A stretch of 64,000 nucleotides of DNA, taken from the IMG/VR virus record IMGVR_UViG_3300042542_003555, positions 64,001-128,000 of that record; one strand, written 5' to 3'. Positions 40,056 through 51,175 of the stretch are shown here, one piece after another (the first letter of the stretch is position 1; each line of letters begins with the position of its first letter). The notes under the pieces are model-generated. The model was not told where the DNA came from, did not search any database, and saw only the letters and a program-made list of their open reading frames with translations. A program made the translations under genes and the position numbers. The DNA comes from a virus.

Positions 40056-43000
40056 TTAAACGTATACATCAACTTTACTTGCAGATACCACAGACTCATG
40101 TTGTTTCTGCTGATGTTCTTCTAGCTTCTCTTGCTTGATAGCATTCTCTAAGCGGTCTATACGTTCTCTGTAATCTTCTATACGCAAATCTCGTCTAACT
40201 GCTAGAAGATTAAGATAATAAGCATTATGGATTCTATTCATCTTTTTGTTCCCATTTCTTCCGGCGTTCTTCAGCTTCTTTTTCTTCTTGTATACCATGC
40301 TCTGTTAATTCTACATCACTTTCACAGTATGGACAAATATGTCGTGGGTCTTCAAGTTCATTACCTTCTTTGTCTGCCCAAGCCCACTCAGCATCATAGC
40401 TTTGACCAGTCCACTTACAGTTTGTACACTTGTGAGTAGGCTCTGGTTCTTTCTCTGGTGCTACCCAACTATTCGCATCACCTAACTCATAGGTAATATC
40501 ATAGCCACCTTTACGAGAAGTCCAGCAGTCAGAATACTGATGCTCCCATTCTATCTCTACATCATTGTTCCAGGCGTCTTGCATCAATTCTTCAACGTCT
40601 ACTTCACCATTCTCTATGCGTACTAGCAGAGAAACGATCTGATCTTCATCGAGGTCTGGATAGATATCACTGAGTGTTTCTTCATCTAGATAAAATGCAT
40701 ACTGCTCGTCTACTTGATGCCATTCGTGTTTGACTATGGTTACCATGATTGCTCCTTCTCTCGTAGTTTCTCAATCTCATCAGCAGCTTCTTCTAGCAGG
40801 TCAGCTATTCTGTCAGGCTGTCCTTCTTGTACCGATTTTCTAGAAGGTATCTGACGGCGTATCTCTGCTCTCTTACGAAGTCTGTACACTAAGTCATTTT
40901 CGTTCATTGATTTACTCCGAAATACTTTAGAATTTTATCAGCACAATAATGACCATCCATTCCTTTATCACCTAGTTCTTCACATATACTTAAACATTCA
41001 TAGATAATCAACTCGGCGAACTTTTGAAATAATATTGAATTACTTCCCATATAATTTACTGGATTGAATCCAGCATCTTCAGCAAGTTCTTTTATTCGGT
41101 CGTTCATACAGAATACTCCATCTTCACTTCAATACAGGTACCTTCTAGTGTTTTGATATTACCTTTGTTACCTTTGCCAGCTTTCTTCACTAATTCTTTC
41201 ATGTGCTGCTTTTGCAGTTCTACATTGTCTCGGCATTGTTTCTCTGACCGATAGGTTTGTGTTGACTGCATGAACTCACAATTGCTATTGATACAAATGA
41301 ATAATACGGGTATAAAAATAAACATCACATATTCACCTTAATAGCGCATTTCTCACAGAGTTGTCTGTGCATATAGACAGCTTGTTCAAAGGTAGAAGAT
41401 ACTGACCATTTCTCAGTATATCCACCACCGTGATTGTATAGATGAGTCTCATAGCAATCAACATCAAATCCAAGATATGCTGTAATTATTGATTGTGCAT
41501 GGTTGTTAGATACAAACAGAATCTTCATTCTTTCATTCCAAAGTGTTCTTCAATATACCCTGCGGCTTTTAACTGACCAGCATACAGTTCATCATTCATA
41601 CCACGATTGTAGCACTGATCTAAGCATTCTCTGATAATCAACTCAGCGATAACTTCAATTCTGTGTTGGCAATCCTCAGAGATATATTTGTGAGTACCAG
41701 ACTGAAGCATGATTTCTTTGAGTCTTTTATTCATTCTATATTTCTTGGAGGGCGTACTTATGGGCGGTCCCAACTATCATACCAGTGTCAGTATCATAGT
41801 AATACCACTTAGCGTTTCTCTCACGCCATTCATAGGTTTTGTTCATTAACTTCTTTCTTTAGAAAAACTCTGGAGAATTCTGATTTGAATCCATTAACTT
41901 CTCGTTTAAATTCATTGTGAGCATCTATAGTTGCTTTTTGTACTGTGGAGCATCCAGATAACAACAAACAGATTAAAAGTAGTGTTTTCATTACCAATCC
42001 GTTTCATCAACAAGGGATGCAGTAACTTTCAAAGGAGTACCATGAATTTCTGTTTCCCATTGCATCTCTAGTGTATAACCAATACCAGAATGGTTGTTAT
42101 AGATTAAATCAAAACCTTGTTTGATATCGTGCTTCTCCACAAGTTCATTAATAATCTTGAGGTCAGCAATGTTCACGGATAGTTTAGTCATTTGAGATTC
42201 CTATCAATTAAAAAACGAACATAATCAATATCACCTTCTGCTTCTTGTATATAGGTTTCTATTTCTTTTATAAACAAATCAACAAACTTCTGTAGTTCAT
42301 AGTCATAGTTGGATGACCAGTCAATGGTTGCACCATCTGGCTTCCATGGTTCATCTTCCCACATAGCGAAGCCAGCATCTTCTGCCAATTTTAAAATTAT
42401 TGGATTCACAGGTTACTCCACTTTTTTAGTTTGTCACGTTTTTGATCTTTATAAAATTCCAAATCAGCTTCTTTGAGAATATTATTCTTAATGCAGATAT
42501 CAATCATACAGAGCAAGTCACCAACTTCTTTATTGAGTAATTGATCATTGTATTCTGCCGTGATAGGATTATAACCCCGTAGACCAAAACGATGCATCTT
42601 TGAGATAACTTGAATAACTTCTGCACATTCTTCTTGCAGAATCACCAAAGCTTCATCACATTGCAACACACTCATTTCAGTACACTCTTGTCAATGCAAT
42701 GAAAGCTTTCCATTCCTTTTACCATAATACCATTTTTAGTTTTACAGTCATCTGCTTGGTTTCTTGTCGATTCTCCCACAAGCCAAGAAACACCAAGAAT
42801 CATTGCCATTGCAACACCAAAGACAACAAGAATGTGTAACCAAGGTCTAGATTCGTATTGAAAATCAGTCATTATAATATCCCAAATTCGTTTTTAATCG
42901 CACTCACGTAAACTCCTGCACTTTTGCCATAATGGAAGCCTGCAGGAATTTTCTCTTGCTCTTGCATGATTCTGAATACTTCTTGTAGAATCTTTCTACC

Positions 43001-44370
43001 ATAATCTTCAACTTCATCAACGTCCGCCCAACTTGCAACAAAGCACTCTCTAGGCGTTTCATTATCAATATAATTCAAAAGGCCAGCATCAAGAGCAAGT
43101 TTTTCAAACTTCTCGTTCATGATCTACACACAACTTGAATTTCGGATGCGTTCATACCTTTTTCAATCGCTTTTAGTCTACATTCATGAATAAGTGAATT
43201 TGAAATTATAGATGCAGCAAACATTAATCCAAAAAAGACTAAAATGCCAACAACGAAAACTAAAGATTCTTTAATACTGTCAGTCATGATTCACTCCTTG
43301 TAATGTTTTCTCTTTAAATGCTCTATGCATTGCTTTACGCCATTTTACTTTCTGTCTCTTGGGAAGAGCATTGTAAATGGTATGAAGCTGCTTAGATTCT
43401 TTTTCATCTGTAACAAACTTAAAAAACTTAGGACTTGCCATCCTCTTTCTCCTTTGCTGCTTGCTTATAAGCTTCAAGTATTTCAAATAACGAAACTTTT
43501 TCTTCCCAATAATCAGAATAGATTACTGGTTCTGTATTTGCTTCTGGTTTCTTAAACGGGATGATGTTGGACATAATGATCATCACACAATGTTCTGACC
43601 CATGAAGCATCTCGGCGCTTACCAGGATTACCACAAACTTCACATACATGAATAGATATTTTTTCTGCCATGTCAATAAGACCATTCATGTATTCATCTG
43701 TGTTATCGGCATAGAATCGTAGACCACCAAACTTCTCTTTGATTTGTGCTACTCTAGGATAATCAACGTTTGATTGTTTAGCAGCATCATATATCTTTTT
43801 TGATAGTATGTCTACAAGGTCAAACCATCCTTTGTCTATGTAAATACCACAATAGACATTTTCATACATCTCAGGATAATTTTCTTTGAGATGTTTTTCA
43901 AATTCATCTAGGTTATTAATGTGCATAGTCTAAAGTTCTCCGTGATACTTCTATCCACTCTGGTCTTGGTGCGCCTGCTGCATCAAGAGTCATCATATAT
44001 TCTTCTGTTACTTGCCAAGTTTCTAACCAAACTATATACTCACCAACAATAGTAGGAAGTAATGCAAATTCTTTTAAATGACGAATATCGCCTATCTTCG
44101 GTTCAGGATTTTTTAGTTTCCATCTCATGCTGATTCATCTCCATCATATGGATTCAAATACGCATTTATCTTCCTGTTAGCTTCTTCAAGTGATATAGCA
44201 TAGACAGTAAATGTCATCACACCTTTAGCATTGATAGAAATGTTAAAAGGTACAGGACCACCACGAAATTCAAAGTCATCGGGCACAGGTCGCATAATAC
44301 GAAACTGCTGCGACTGCTTCATTCGATCAATGATTTCGCTAGTTAGCTGGCTGGGAGTTTTATCGTTCAT
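40056..44370 (-). CDS. Dense run of small hypothetical proteins, including four MN.RI.ELA..AG-type paralogues
   Basis: Coupled short ORFs, all on the minus strand. Confidence 0.65.
42406..42675 (-). CDS. MazG-like nucleotide pyrophosphohydrolase
   Basis: EECAEVIQ...K...EVGDL (EExxE...ExxD). Confidence 0.75.
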   Translation of the reverse strand: MSVLQCDEALVILQEECAEVIQVISKMHRFGLRGYNPITAEYNDQLLNKEVGDLLCMIDICIKNNILKEADLEFYKDQKRDKLKKWSNL

Positions 44371-44401
44371 AGTGATATCATATCAAAGAAGAAGTGAATT
44401 G

Positions 44402-44764
44402 TCAAGACTGTTTTTGTGAATCTCCTGGCATAATTCTATAGTTGTCTTCCACAGAATCTGGTGTTGATACTTCAATAATCGCACCTTCTTCAAAACATAC
44501 CAATTGATGAGGCACTAGAGGAGGATTATGCCAAGTTGATCCTTTAGTTAGTCTTGTGTGTTTCATTACTGAATCTTTTGTATCTATCCAGTTTACTTGA
44601 AAATCACCAGATAACACATACCAAGTTTCATCTTTCTGTGCATGAAAGTGCATACTGAATTTAGCACCTTTGTTGAAGTGCATCATCTTACCACAATACT
44701 TATCGTTGGTTGCCCAGATTTCTTCGTGACCCCAACCTTTTTCTACTTTACCCGATAGCCTCAT
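44402..44764 (-). CDS. Cupin-fold sugar isomerase-like protein
   Basis: KGWG.E.IW, YCGK, SMHFH..KDETWYV..G, PHQ, EVST.D..ED.YR..PGD. Confidence 0.85.
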   Translation of the reverse strand: MRLSGKVEKGWGHEEIWATNDKYCGKMMHFNKGAKFSMHFHAQKDETWYVLSGDFQVNWIDTKDSVMKHTRLTKGSTWHNPPLVPHQLVCFEEGAIIEVSTPDSVEDNYRIMPGDSQKQS

Positions 44765-45515
44765 ATATTTCCTCTTTTGTTGGTGCATATACTCCAAGGT
44801 GTTGCACAGTTAATGATGCTGCTATGTTTGCATAGTTGATTGCAATTTGCATATCTTTTGATTCACAGTAGTATACTGCAAGTGCTGCTAAAAATGTATC
44901 ACCCGCACCACAAGCATCAGCAACATTTACTTGTGGACAAGGATAATGATTTCCTTTATATCTTGCTCCATTCTTACCATCTGTAACTATTACATTTCTG
45001 TGAAATGAAGTTACCTTTTTACTTTCGGGTGAGTTGATTTTGATAAAAACATTGACTGGAGGAAATATTTGATCAAATTTTTCAAGATCCGTTTTCTTCG
45101 TATCTATGAATATTGGCAGAGAACTATACGCATTAATAATATGTTTTATATTCTTATAATCCAAACTTCCTTTACCATAATCAGAGATGACAATACAATC
45201 ATATTCTTTATGAGGAATATCATTTATTGAAATAGGATCAGAAATTGCATCTTCATCTAGTCTAAGAAGTTGATGCCCACTCTTTTCATCAATGAATCTA
45301 GTTTTAACAGAAACTTTATTTCCTACGACTTCGGTGATATTAACACCAAGTGACTGTAAGTTCTTAGAAACATTTGCTGCCATACCAGCAAGTTTTTTGG
45401 TGTGGGTGAGTTCCAGAACAGGTACGGGAGCTTCTGGACTTATTCGGTTTACATTACCATAATGATAAACATCATCACAGATATCACCGACTAGTAATAC
45501 GTTTAATCGTTTCAC
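44748..45515 (-). CDS. HldA/RfaE-I-like PfkB sugar kinase
   Basis: RISPEAPVPV, GMAANV..NL, KTR, SDYGKG, D..GAGDTF. Confidence 0.88.
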   Translation of the reverse strand: MKRLNVLLVGDICDDVYHYGNVNRISPEAPVPVLELTHTKKLAGMAANVSKNLQSLGVNITEVVGNKVSVKTRFIDEKSGHQLLRLDEDAISDPISINDIPHKEYDCIVISDYGKGSLDYKNIKHIINAYSSLPIFIDTKKTDLEKFDQIFPPVNVFIKINSPESKKVTSFHRNVIVTDGKNGARYKGNHYPCPQVNVADACGAGDTFLAALAVYYCESKDMQIAINYANIAASLTVQHLGVYAPTKEEIYEAIG

Positions 45516-45876
45516 TTGTTGAATATCCTTCTACCAAATCAAAAAATATAATCTCTTTACATACTTCTTGTCCTACAATATCTTTACCTATGTAGTCACT
45601 ACCTTTAACCATTGCATCATGTTTTGATATTAATTCAATAAGTTCTTCATCAGTATCAAAACAAACAACAGCGTTTACACTTCTTAGGTGCATCAACATT
45701 AACATTCTGTTAACGCAAGAATTAACCGGTCTTGTATGACCCTTTAATCGTTTTACTCTTGTATCAGTATCTACTGCCACAGTTAGGAAGTCTCCCTGTT
45801 CACGGGCAAATAATAATAATTCAAGATGACCTCTATGTAATATATCAAAGGTACCATTGACGAATATTTTTCTCAT
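45484..45876 (-). CDS. HldC/RfaE-II-like nucleotidyltransferase
   Basis: NGTFDILHRGH, V..LKG..RPVN, VKGSDY, YSTS. Confidence 0.9.
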   Translation of the reverse strand: MRKIFVNGTFDILHRGHLELLLFAREQGDFLTVAVDTDTRVKRLKGHTRPVNSCVNRMLMLMHLRSVNAVVCFDTDEELIELISKHDAMVKGSDYIGKDIVGQEVCKEIIFFDLVEGYSTSETIKRITSR

Positions 45877-46321
45877 TCTTCGTGTAATTTCCTTTGCTTG
45901 TGGCTTTTTTCTTGCATGGTTTCTTCTTCGAATACTTTTCTTGGATTAGCACACATATGACACTTTGGATCACCGCAGTTGAAAATATGTTTCTTATGAT
46001 TTCTATGAGGCTGCAAAAGATAACGCCAGTTGTGCATTGTGCTGCTTAGTTTGTGATAACCATAGTCTTTTGCCAATTGTACTTGTTTTTTAATCTTTGT
46101 TTCTTTTTGATGAATTCTTTTGGAGTGTTTCTCTTTTGTTTCTTGGTCCATTTTTTTACTCGGCTAAGAAAACGGGTGTTGTTCCTTCATGTACAAAATC
46201 TTCAGCTATTTGTTCTGCATCATTTATTCTTGTCTTGTTGATTCTTTGTATATGTTTTCCATCAACAAAAAAATCAATCATATAAGTATCTGAAAATTTT
46301 GATACAGTTGCTTTTCTATTA

Positions 46322-47296
46322 TCAACCTGATATTCCGACAGTAGCATTTGATGTTCTCCTTTGTATTGCTTCCCACTGATAGGCAGTGGTGATTATATCT
46401 TTTAGTCCATATTTAGGTTTAAAACCTAAGACTTTTTCTGTATAGTTGGTGTTAGTGTTTACCAATTTAGCAGGATCACCTGGTCTGCGGTCACTATAGA
46501 AAATTTCAAAATTAATTCCTGTTACTTCTTCTACCATTGTAATAACATCCAGAACAGAATAACCTGTACCAGAACCGAGATTAAAAATGCTAGAAGTTTT
46601 ATTTTCATTTAGAAACTGTGCTGCCTTTACATGAGCCTCTGCTAAGTCAGATACATGTATATAGTCTCTTATACAGGTACCATCAGGAGTAGGAAAATCA
46701 TTACCATAGACAGTGAAATCATTCCTAGTGAGAATACGGGGAATGAGATGAGTTTCTGGATCATGATTTTCGCCAAACTCCCCATCAGGATCAGCACCAG
46801 CAACATTGAAGTACCTAAGAATAGCACTATTGACTCCTTCTTTCTTTGCATCTCCTAAAATGATTTCACACATTCGTTTTGTCTGTCCGTAAACAGATTG
46901 TGGTTCTTCTGCTGCACAAGAAGACGAGAAAACAATGTTCTTACATCCATAATCTTTCATTAATCTTAGAATATTGATTGTACCGGAAACATTGTTCTCG
47001 TAGTAATAGGTGGGCATTTCTTCGCTTTCTCCTACCTCTATAGAACCGGCAAGATGAAAGACAATATCAAAGCTGAACTTATCATCATCAAACATTTTAC
47101 CATACTCTATCTCATCAAGAATATGATCATAATTTCTTATGTCTGTCCGAATATATTCATCACAATATTTCGTTGCCATAAGTTGTGATGGATGTTTGCG
47201 ATCCATCACAATCACGTAATAGCCATTTTTCTTCAATTCTTTTTGAAGATGATGACCAATGTAGCCAGCACCTCCAGTCACTAATGCTTTCTTCAT
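46322..47296 (-). CDS. galE: UDP-glucose 4-epimerase
   Basis: TGGAGYIG, EVGES...P..YY.NN, YG.TK, LRYFNVAGA, ETHLIP, DGTCIRDYIHV.DLA.AH. Confidence 0.93.
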   Translation of the reverse strand: MKKALVTGGAGYIGHHLQKELKKNGYYVIVMDRKHPSQLMATKYCDEYIRTDIRNYDHILDEIEYGKMFDDDKFSFDIVFHLAGSIEVGESEEMPTYYYENNVSGTINILRLMKDYGCKNIVFSSSCAAEEPQSVYGQTKRMCEIILGDAKKEGVNSAILRYFNVAGADPDGEFGENHDPETHLIPRILTRNDFTVYGNDFPTPDGTCIRDYIHVSDLAEAHVKAAQFLNENKTSSIFNLGSGTGYSVLDVITMVEEVTGINFEIFYSDRRPGDPAKLVNTNTNYTEKVLGFKPKYGLKDIITTAYQWEAIQRRTSNATVGISG

Positions 47297-49416
47297 GTAA
47301 TCATTCCAATAAAACGGTTGAGTACAACACGATTGATAACTTTGTTTGTATTGTACTTAGTAAAGGCGTTTACGAGGCCTCGGGTAGTGTTTGATTTTAC
47401 TTCAAGTTCACTGTCGGCGTCAACATCAGTTTCGGCACGAATGATGTAATATTCATCATAGCCAGATGTTGTGCAAGTTACATTCTTTTCTTTCATGAAC
47501 TTTTCACGAACGTCATCTATGTTTGCAGTCTTAGGAAACAGTCGTTGAGCGTTTGGTCTAAATTCACGGCTGCTTACAAGATAGAAACCAATAACATTTG
47601 TTTTTGTGACTTGTTTGAAAATTTTCAATGCAGCAGCAGTAAAATGTTCACAACTATAACTTTGAATCTTTTCTGAAATACCTGTGCTTTGATGACGTAG
47701 AACAGCAACATTGGATCCATTTGTTGAAAATGGAAGATCGTTATACATATTTCCAAGTTCTGCTTTTTTTCTAGCTAGTATGTGACCTTCACCATCAGTA
47801 AGAAATACAGTATTGACTACTTGCAGCTTATATTGCTTCTGAAACATCGGAACAATTTTCATTGCTGCAAAGATTGTTTCATTGAGTGGAGTATATTGCA
47901 TACCCATCCATTCTGGAAAACCATGAATACGATCTACCAGTCGTGGGTTGTTTGGATATATACTTGATGATCCATGCAGCAGAACAGATGCCATATAAGA
48001 AAGTTCACTTGCATTCATTTTGCTTGAAAGCAGATTTAGCAAATTGAATGTTTTTAGCATAACATCATTTTCTTGATATTCTACTTGAATACCATACTCT
48101 TTTGGTTTTTCATAATAATCGTGGTAGAACCTATTTGAGAATGCGTACACTTCAAACGGAATGTTTACTTTCTTACAGAACAGAACAAGATTTAAGAGTT
48201 GCTTAATGGTTGCATTCAAGTAGTTTGTCATAGATCCAGACCAGTCTAGGAAGATGACAAGACCATGAGATTTACCACCAGGAACAACAGTCAATCGTTT
48301 GAAAATATCGTCATTAAACTTGTATGAATAAATTTTACTCATATTAAGTTCACCAGTTTTTGCAACACTGGCTCGCTTCATCTGATCCGCATTTTTACGG
48401 AGTTCAAATTCTTTCACAAGATAAGAAACAACCTTTGACGATTTTGTTTTAAAGTTGTTGAATGTGGTTGTGCTTACTTGACTGTTGTAGTAAGATTCTT
48501 TCTTATAACGATTGATTATGTATTTGTATGGAATTACAATATTCTCAAGTTTGATATTTTCTGGAACATTACCATAATTGTAATCAAGAGAATCTTCACT
48601 CAAAAGTTGTTTTTCGTGTTTGCGAAATGCATCATCGGTGTGTGATTCTACTTTATCATCATCATTGAAACTTTCCATTTGATCTTCGTTATCAATCTCA
48701 TCTGAGATTTCAGAAGGTTTTTGTTTTTCTTGTTCTTTGTCATCTTCATCTTCTTCTTCACCATCATCAAAATCCATGGTCTCTGATGAATACTCAGTAT
48801 CTTCATTCCACTCCTCTGTGTGAGCTTCTTCTTGACGTTTTTCTTTTTGCTTTTGTTTTTGTTCACGATAGAGTGCTTGAATCTTTACAGAAAGTTTGAT
48901 AACATCAACAAAAGTTTCCAATTCATTCATTTCATCAACAATTGCAAGTTCTTCTTCATTGAACTTGATGCCGAGGTGTGCGCCAATCTTGAAATGAATA
49001 TTCAAACGGTCTAGAATATTCATACCATTGAGATCAACACCTTCAGTTGCAAAAAAATTATCGTTATAAAGTTGACGATATGCTTTTGAGAATGAGGAAC
49101 GCAGGCCAGGATACTTGCGTTTGATAAGTTTCTCAATTCTTGCATCTTCTACAATATTGAGAATAACTTTAGGAATTTTCAAATCAATAACTGAATCGTG
49201 CCAACCTTCAGTGGGAGTATTCAATGCATGACCAACTTCATGACCAACAAACAGGTCATACATTTCGGGAGTAAGAGTATCTTTAAGAATAGGAATTACC
49301 AGCTTACGCTCTTTTGTATTGAAATAAGCGGTAGGAACTTTCTTGTGTTCAACAATCAGGTTTTCCGTCGCCATCAACTTGGCGAGTTGTGATTTGGATT
49401 CTTGTGTCGTTTGCAT
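47293..49416 (-). CDS. HExxH + acidic linker + VWA protein (CobT-like partner of AAA ATPases)
   Basis: LAKL.ATE, HEVGHAL.TP, N.VEDARIE, LDWSGSM, TPLNE, LTDGE. Confidence 0.88.
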   Translation of the reverse strand: MQTTQESKSQLAKLMATENLIVEHKKVPTAYFNTKERKLVIPILKDTLTPEMYDLFVGHEVGHALNTPTEGWHDSVIDLKIPKVILNIVEDARIEKLIKRKYPGLRSSFSKAYRQLYNDNFFATEGVDLNGMNILDRLNIHFKIGAHLGIKFNEEELAIVDEMNELETFVDVIKLSVKIQALYREQKQKQKEKRQEEAHTEEWNEDTEYSSETMDFDDGEEEDEDDKEQEKQKPSEISDEIDNEDQMESFNDDDKVESHTDDAFRKHEKQLLSEDSLDYNYGNVPENIKLENIVIPYKYIINRYKKESYYNSQVSTTTFNNFKTKSSKVVSYLVKEFELRKNADQMKRASVAKTGELNMSKIYSYKFNDDIFKRLTVVPGGKSHGLVIFLDWSGSMTNYLNATIKQLLNLVLFCKKVNIPFEVYAFSNRFYHDYYEKPKEYGIQVEYQENDVMLKTFNLLNLLSSKMNASELSYMASVLLHGSSSIYPNNPRLVDRIHGFPEWMGMQYTPLNETIFAAMKIVPMFQKQYKLQVVNTVFLTDGEGHILARKKAELGNMYNDLPFSTNGSNVAVLRHQSTGISEKIQSYSCEHFTAAALKIFKQVTKTNVIGFYLVSSREFRPNAQRLFPKTANIDDVREKFMKEKNVTCTTSGYDEYYIIRAETDVDADSELEVKSNTTRGLVNAFTKYNTNKVINRVVLNRFIGMIT

Positions 49417-49444
49417 TTTGATATCTCTCTATTGAAGATGATAC

Positions 49445-49473
49445 ATTATCTCATGGATCCAATCATTTGTCAA
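49445..49473 (-). promoter_or_regulatory. Early promoter for the VWA gene
   Basis: TTGACA-17 bp-GATAAT; similar promoters at 14310-14338, 44377-44405 and 51204-51232. Confidence 0.75.
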
Positions 49474-49494
49474 CAAAAAACCCGATTGTTGTAT

Positions 49495-49671
49495 TTACGC
49501 AACACTTGTCAAGATGATAACATTTCCTTCTGGTTCTTGTTTTATATCAAGATTTAAGGTTTGACCTTCTTTCCAGCCTAGGTCTGCCAACATTTCATCT
49601 GGAAGTTCAATATAAACATCTCCAGAACCATCTTCACACTCTTTAACTACTGAGGTATATATTTTAGACAT
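49495..49671 (-). CDS. AbrB/MazE-type DNA-binding protein (58 aa)
   Basis: GD.YIELP.EML..LGWKEG..L; not in ORF track. Confidence 0.75.
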   Translation of the reverse strand: MSKIYTSVVKECEDGSGDVYIELPDEMLADLGWKEGQTLNLDIKQEPEGNVIILTSVA

Positions 49672-50006
49672 AATTTACCCATACATGAATTGTTTTCTCA
49701 AATCTTCATAATGATCTAAATCTTCTTGCCATCGTCTTTTAATAACCCACTGCTTGATAATCTGTTCAACTTCATCTAGTGCTTCCTTTTGTTGTTGCAA
49801 TTTTGCTATATCTTCAGTTTTCATGTTCACCCCTTTAATGATAAAAAGAACTGCTATCCATAAGTAAAAAATTACTATTCTTTTTTGCTTCTCCCATAAC
49901 TTCAACCATCTTAATAAAATCTTCCACTTCATCGGAAGTCATATCGTCCAACATTTCACTCATTTCCTCCAATAAGACGATTTCTTCATCTGTAAAATGA
50001 TCCAGT

Positions 50007-50705
50007 TCACTCAAATTTAAGTCCGACATAGCCAACACTCCTTTCATCATAAATTTTTTCTAAACGATTAACTGCAAGTTGATAAACTTCGGGAACTATT
50101 TCTGTTCCTATCCATTTTCTATCAGAATATATGCAGGCAGCAGCGGTACTACCTGATCCCATGAATGGATCAAAGACAATTTCATTTGGATTTGTATAAA
50201 CATCGAGGAATTGTGAAATCAAGTCTGTCGGATAATTGTCTATATACGTTCCTATAGGCTTAACTATATGCTCAAGTACATCAGGAATAGACAGATCACT
50301 AAAACCTTCCCGAGAAAACTGTTTTCCGGGTCTTTTAAAGGTTAAAATAAAAGAATAGTTAAAGCGATATAGGTTTGCATTCATTGAACGCACCCAAATC
50401 CTTTGACTTTTATGAATCCAACCTAACTCTTCCATTAAATTTGTGATAAAAGTGTGTTTTTTTACCACTTTCCCGCCCGATTTGCGGTCACGCAGAACAA
50501 TTGTTATGACATTATTGACTGGATGAACTTGAGAGAAAGTATCTCTCATCAAACTTTCCCACTTTTTCACAGATTCATCAGGATTTTCCCCAATTTCATC
50601 AAAATCCGGTGGGGAGGTGATGACATAGTGATAGTTTAAGTTCCACTTTAGAACTTCCAAACAATCTGTATTGTATAGAATACAATTATCCAAAGGTGCG
50701 TACAT
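50007..50705 (-). CDS. Beta-class amino-DNA methyltransferase with atypical motif IV
   Basis: TSPPD in place of SPPY; DPFMGSGST; GTE. Confidence 0.82.
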   Translation of the reverse strand: MYAPLDNCILYNTDCLEVLKWNLNYHYVITSPPDFDEIGENPDESVKKWESLMRDTFSQVHPVNNVITIVLRDRKSGGKVVKKHTFITNLMEELGWIHKSQRIWVRSMNANLYRFNYSFILTFKRPGKQFSREGFSDLSIPDVLEHIVKPIGTYIDNYPTDLISQFLDVYTNPNEIVFDPFMGSGSTAAACIYSDRKWIGTEIVPEVYQLAVNRLEKIYDERSVGYVGLKFE

Positions 50706-50821
50706 TAATTTTCTCCTTATGCTTCACTTTACGTGTATATCTTACATCAATTTTGTGTTTTTGTGGGGCAGGAATAGGTGTGCGACATACAGGTTTTGGT
50801 ATTTTCACAATTATCTTCATT

Positions 50822-51175
50822 TTATCGCCTCATTTTGGCCATATCTTTTGCTTCAGTATCATTAAAAACAGGTACTGCATTAGATTTGTGTAGAGTTCCG
50901 ATACCGATCATCTTATCACCCGTATAGGTGACTTTTTCTTTCTTATTCCAATTAGCTACTTGTACACCGGTATCTATTGATTTGAATTTTTTATGATCAC
51001 GTTCAGCAGGAATAACAAGTTTGGGAAATTTACCAGTTGACTTGAAAGTTGACGGAGTTATCTTTTTAGAAACGACGCCGATACCAACTTTACGGCACCA
51101 TGCATCATATTCTGCTTGTTGCACCTTTGTCAACTTCTTCGGTTTTGATTTGCGAATGTGTCCGTAAATTATCAT
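50822..51175 (-). CDS. Conserved basic phage protein
   Basis: YTG....GIGTLHKSNAVPVF....A...A.MRR; own promoter. Confidence 0.75.
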   Translation of the reverse strand: MIIYGHIRKSKPKKLTKVQQAEYDAWCRKVGIGVVSKKITPSTFKSTGKFPKLVIPAERDHKKFKSIDTGVQVANWNKKEKVTYTGDKMIGIGTLHKSNAVPVFNDTEAKDMAKMRR

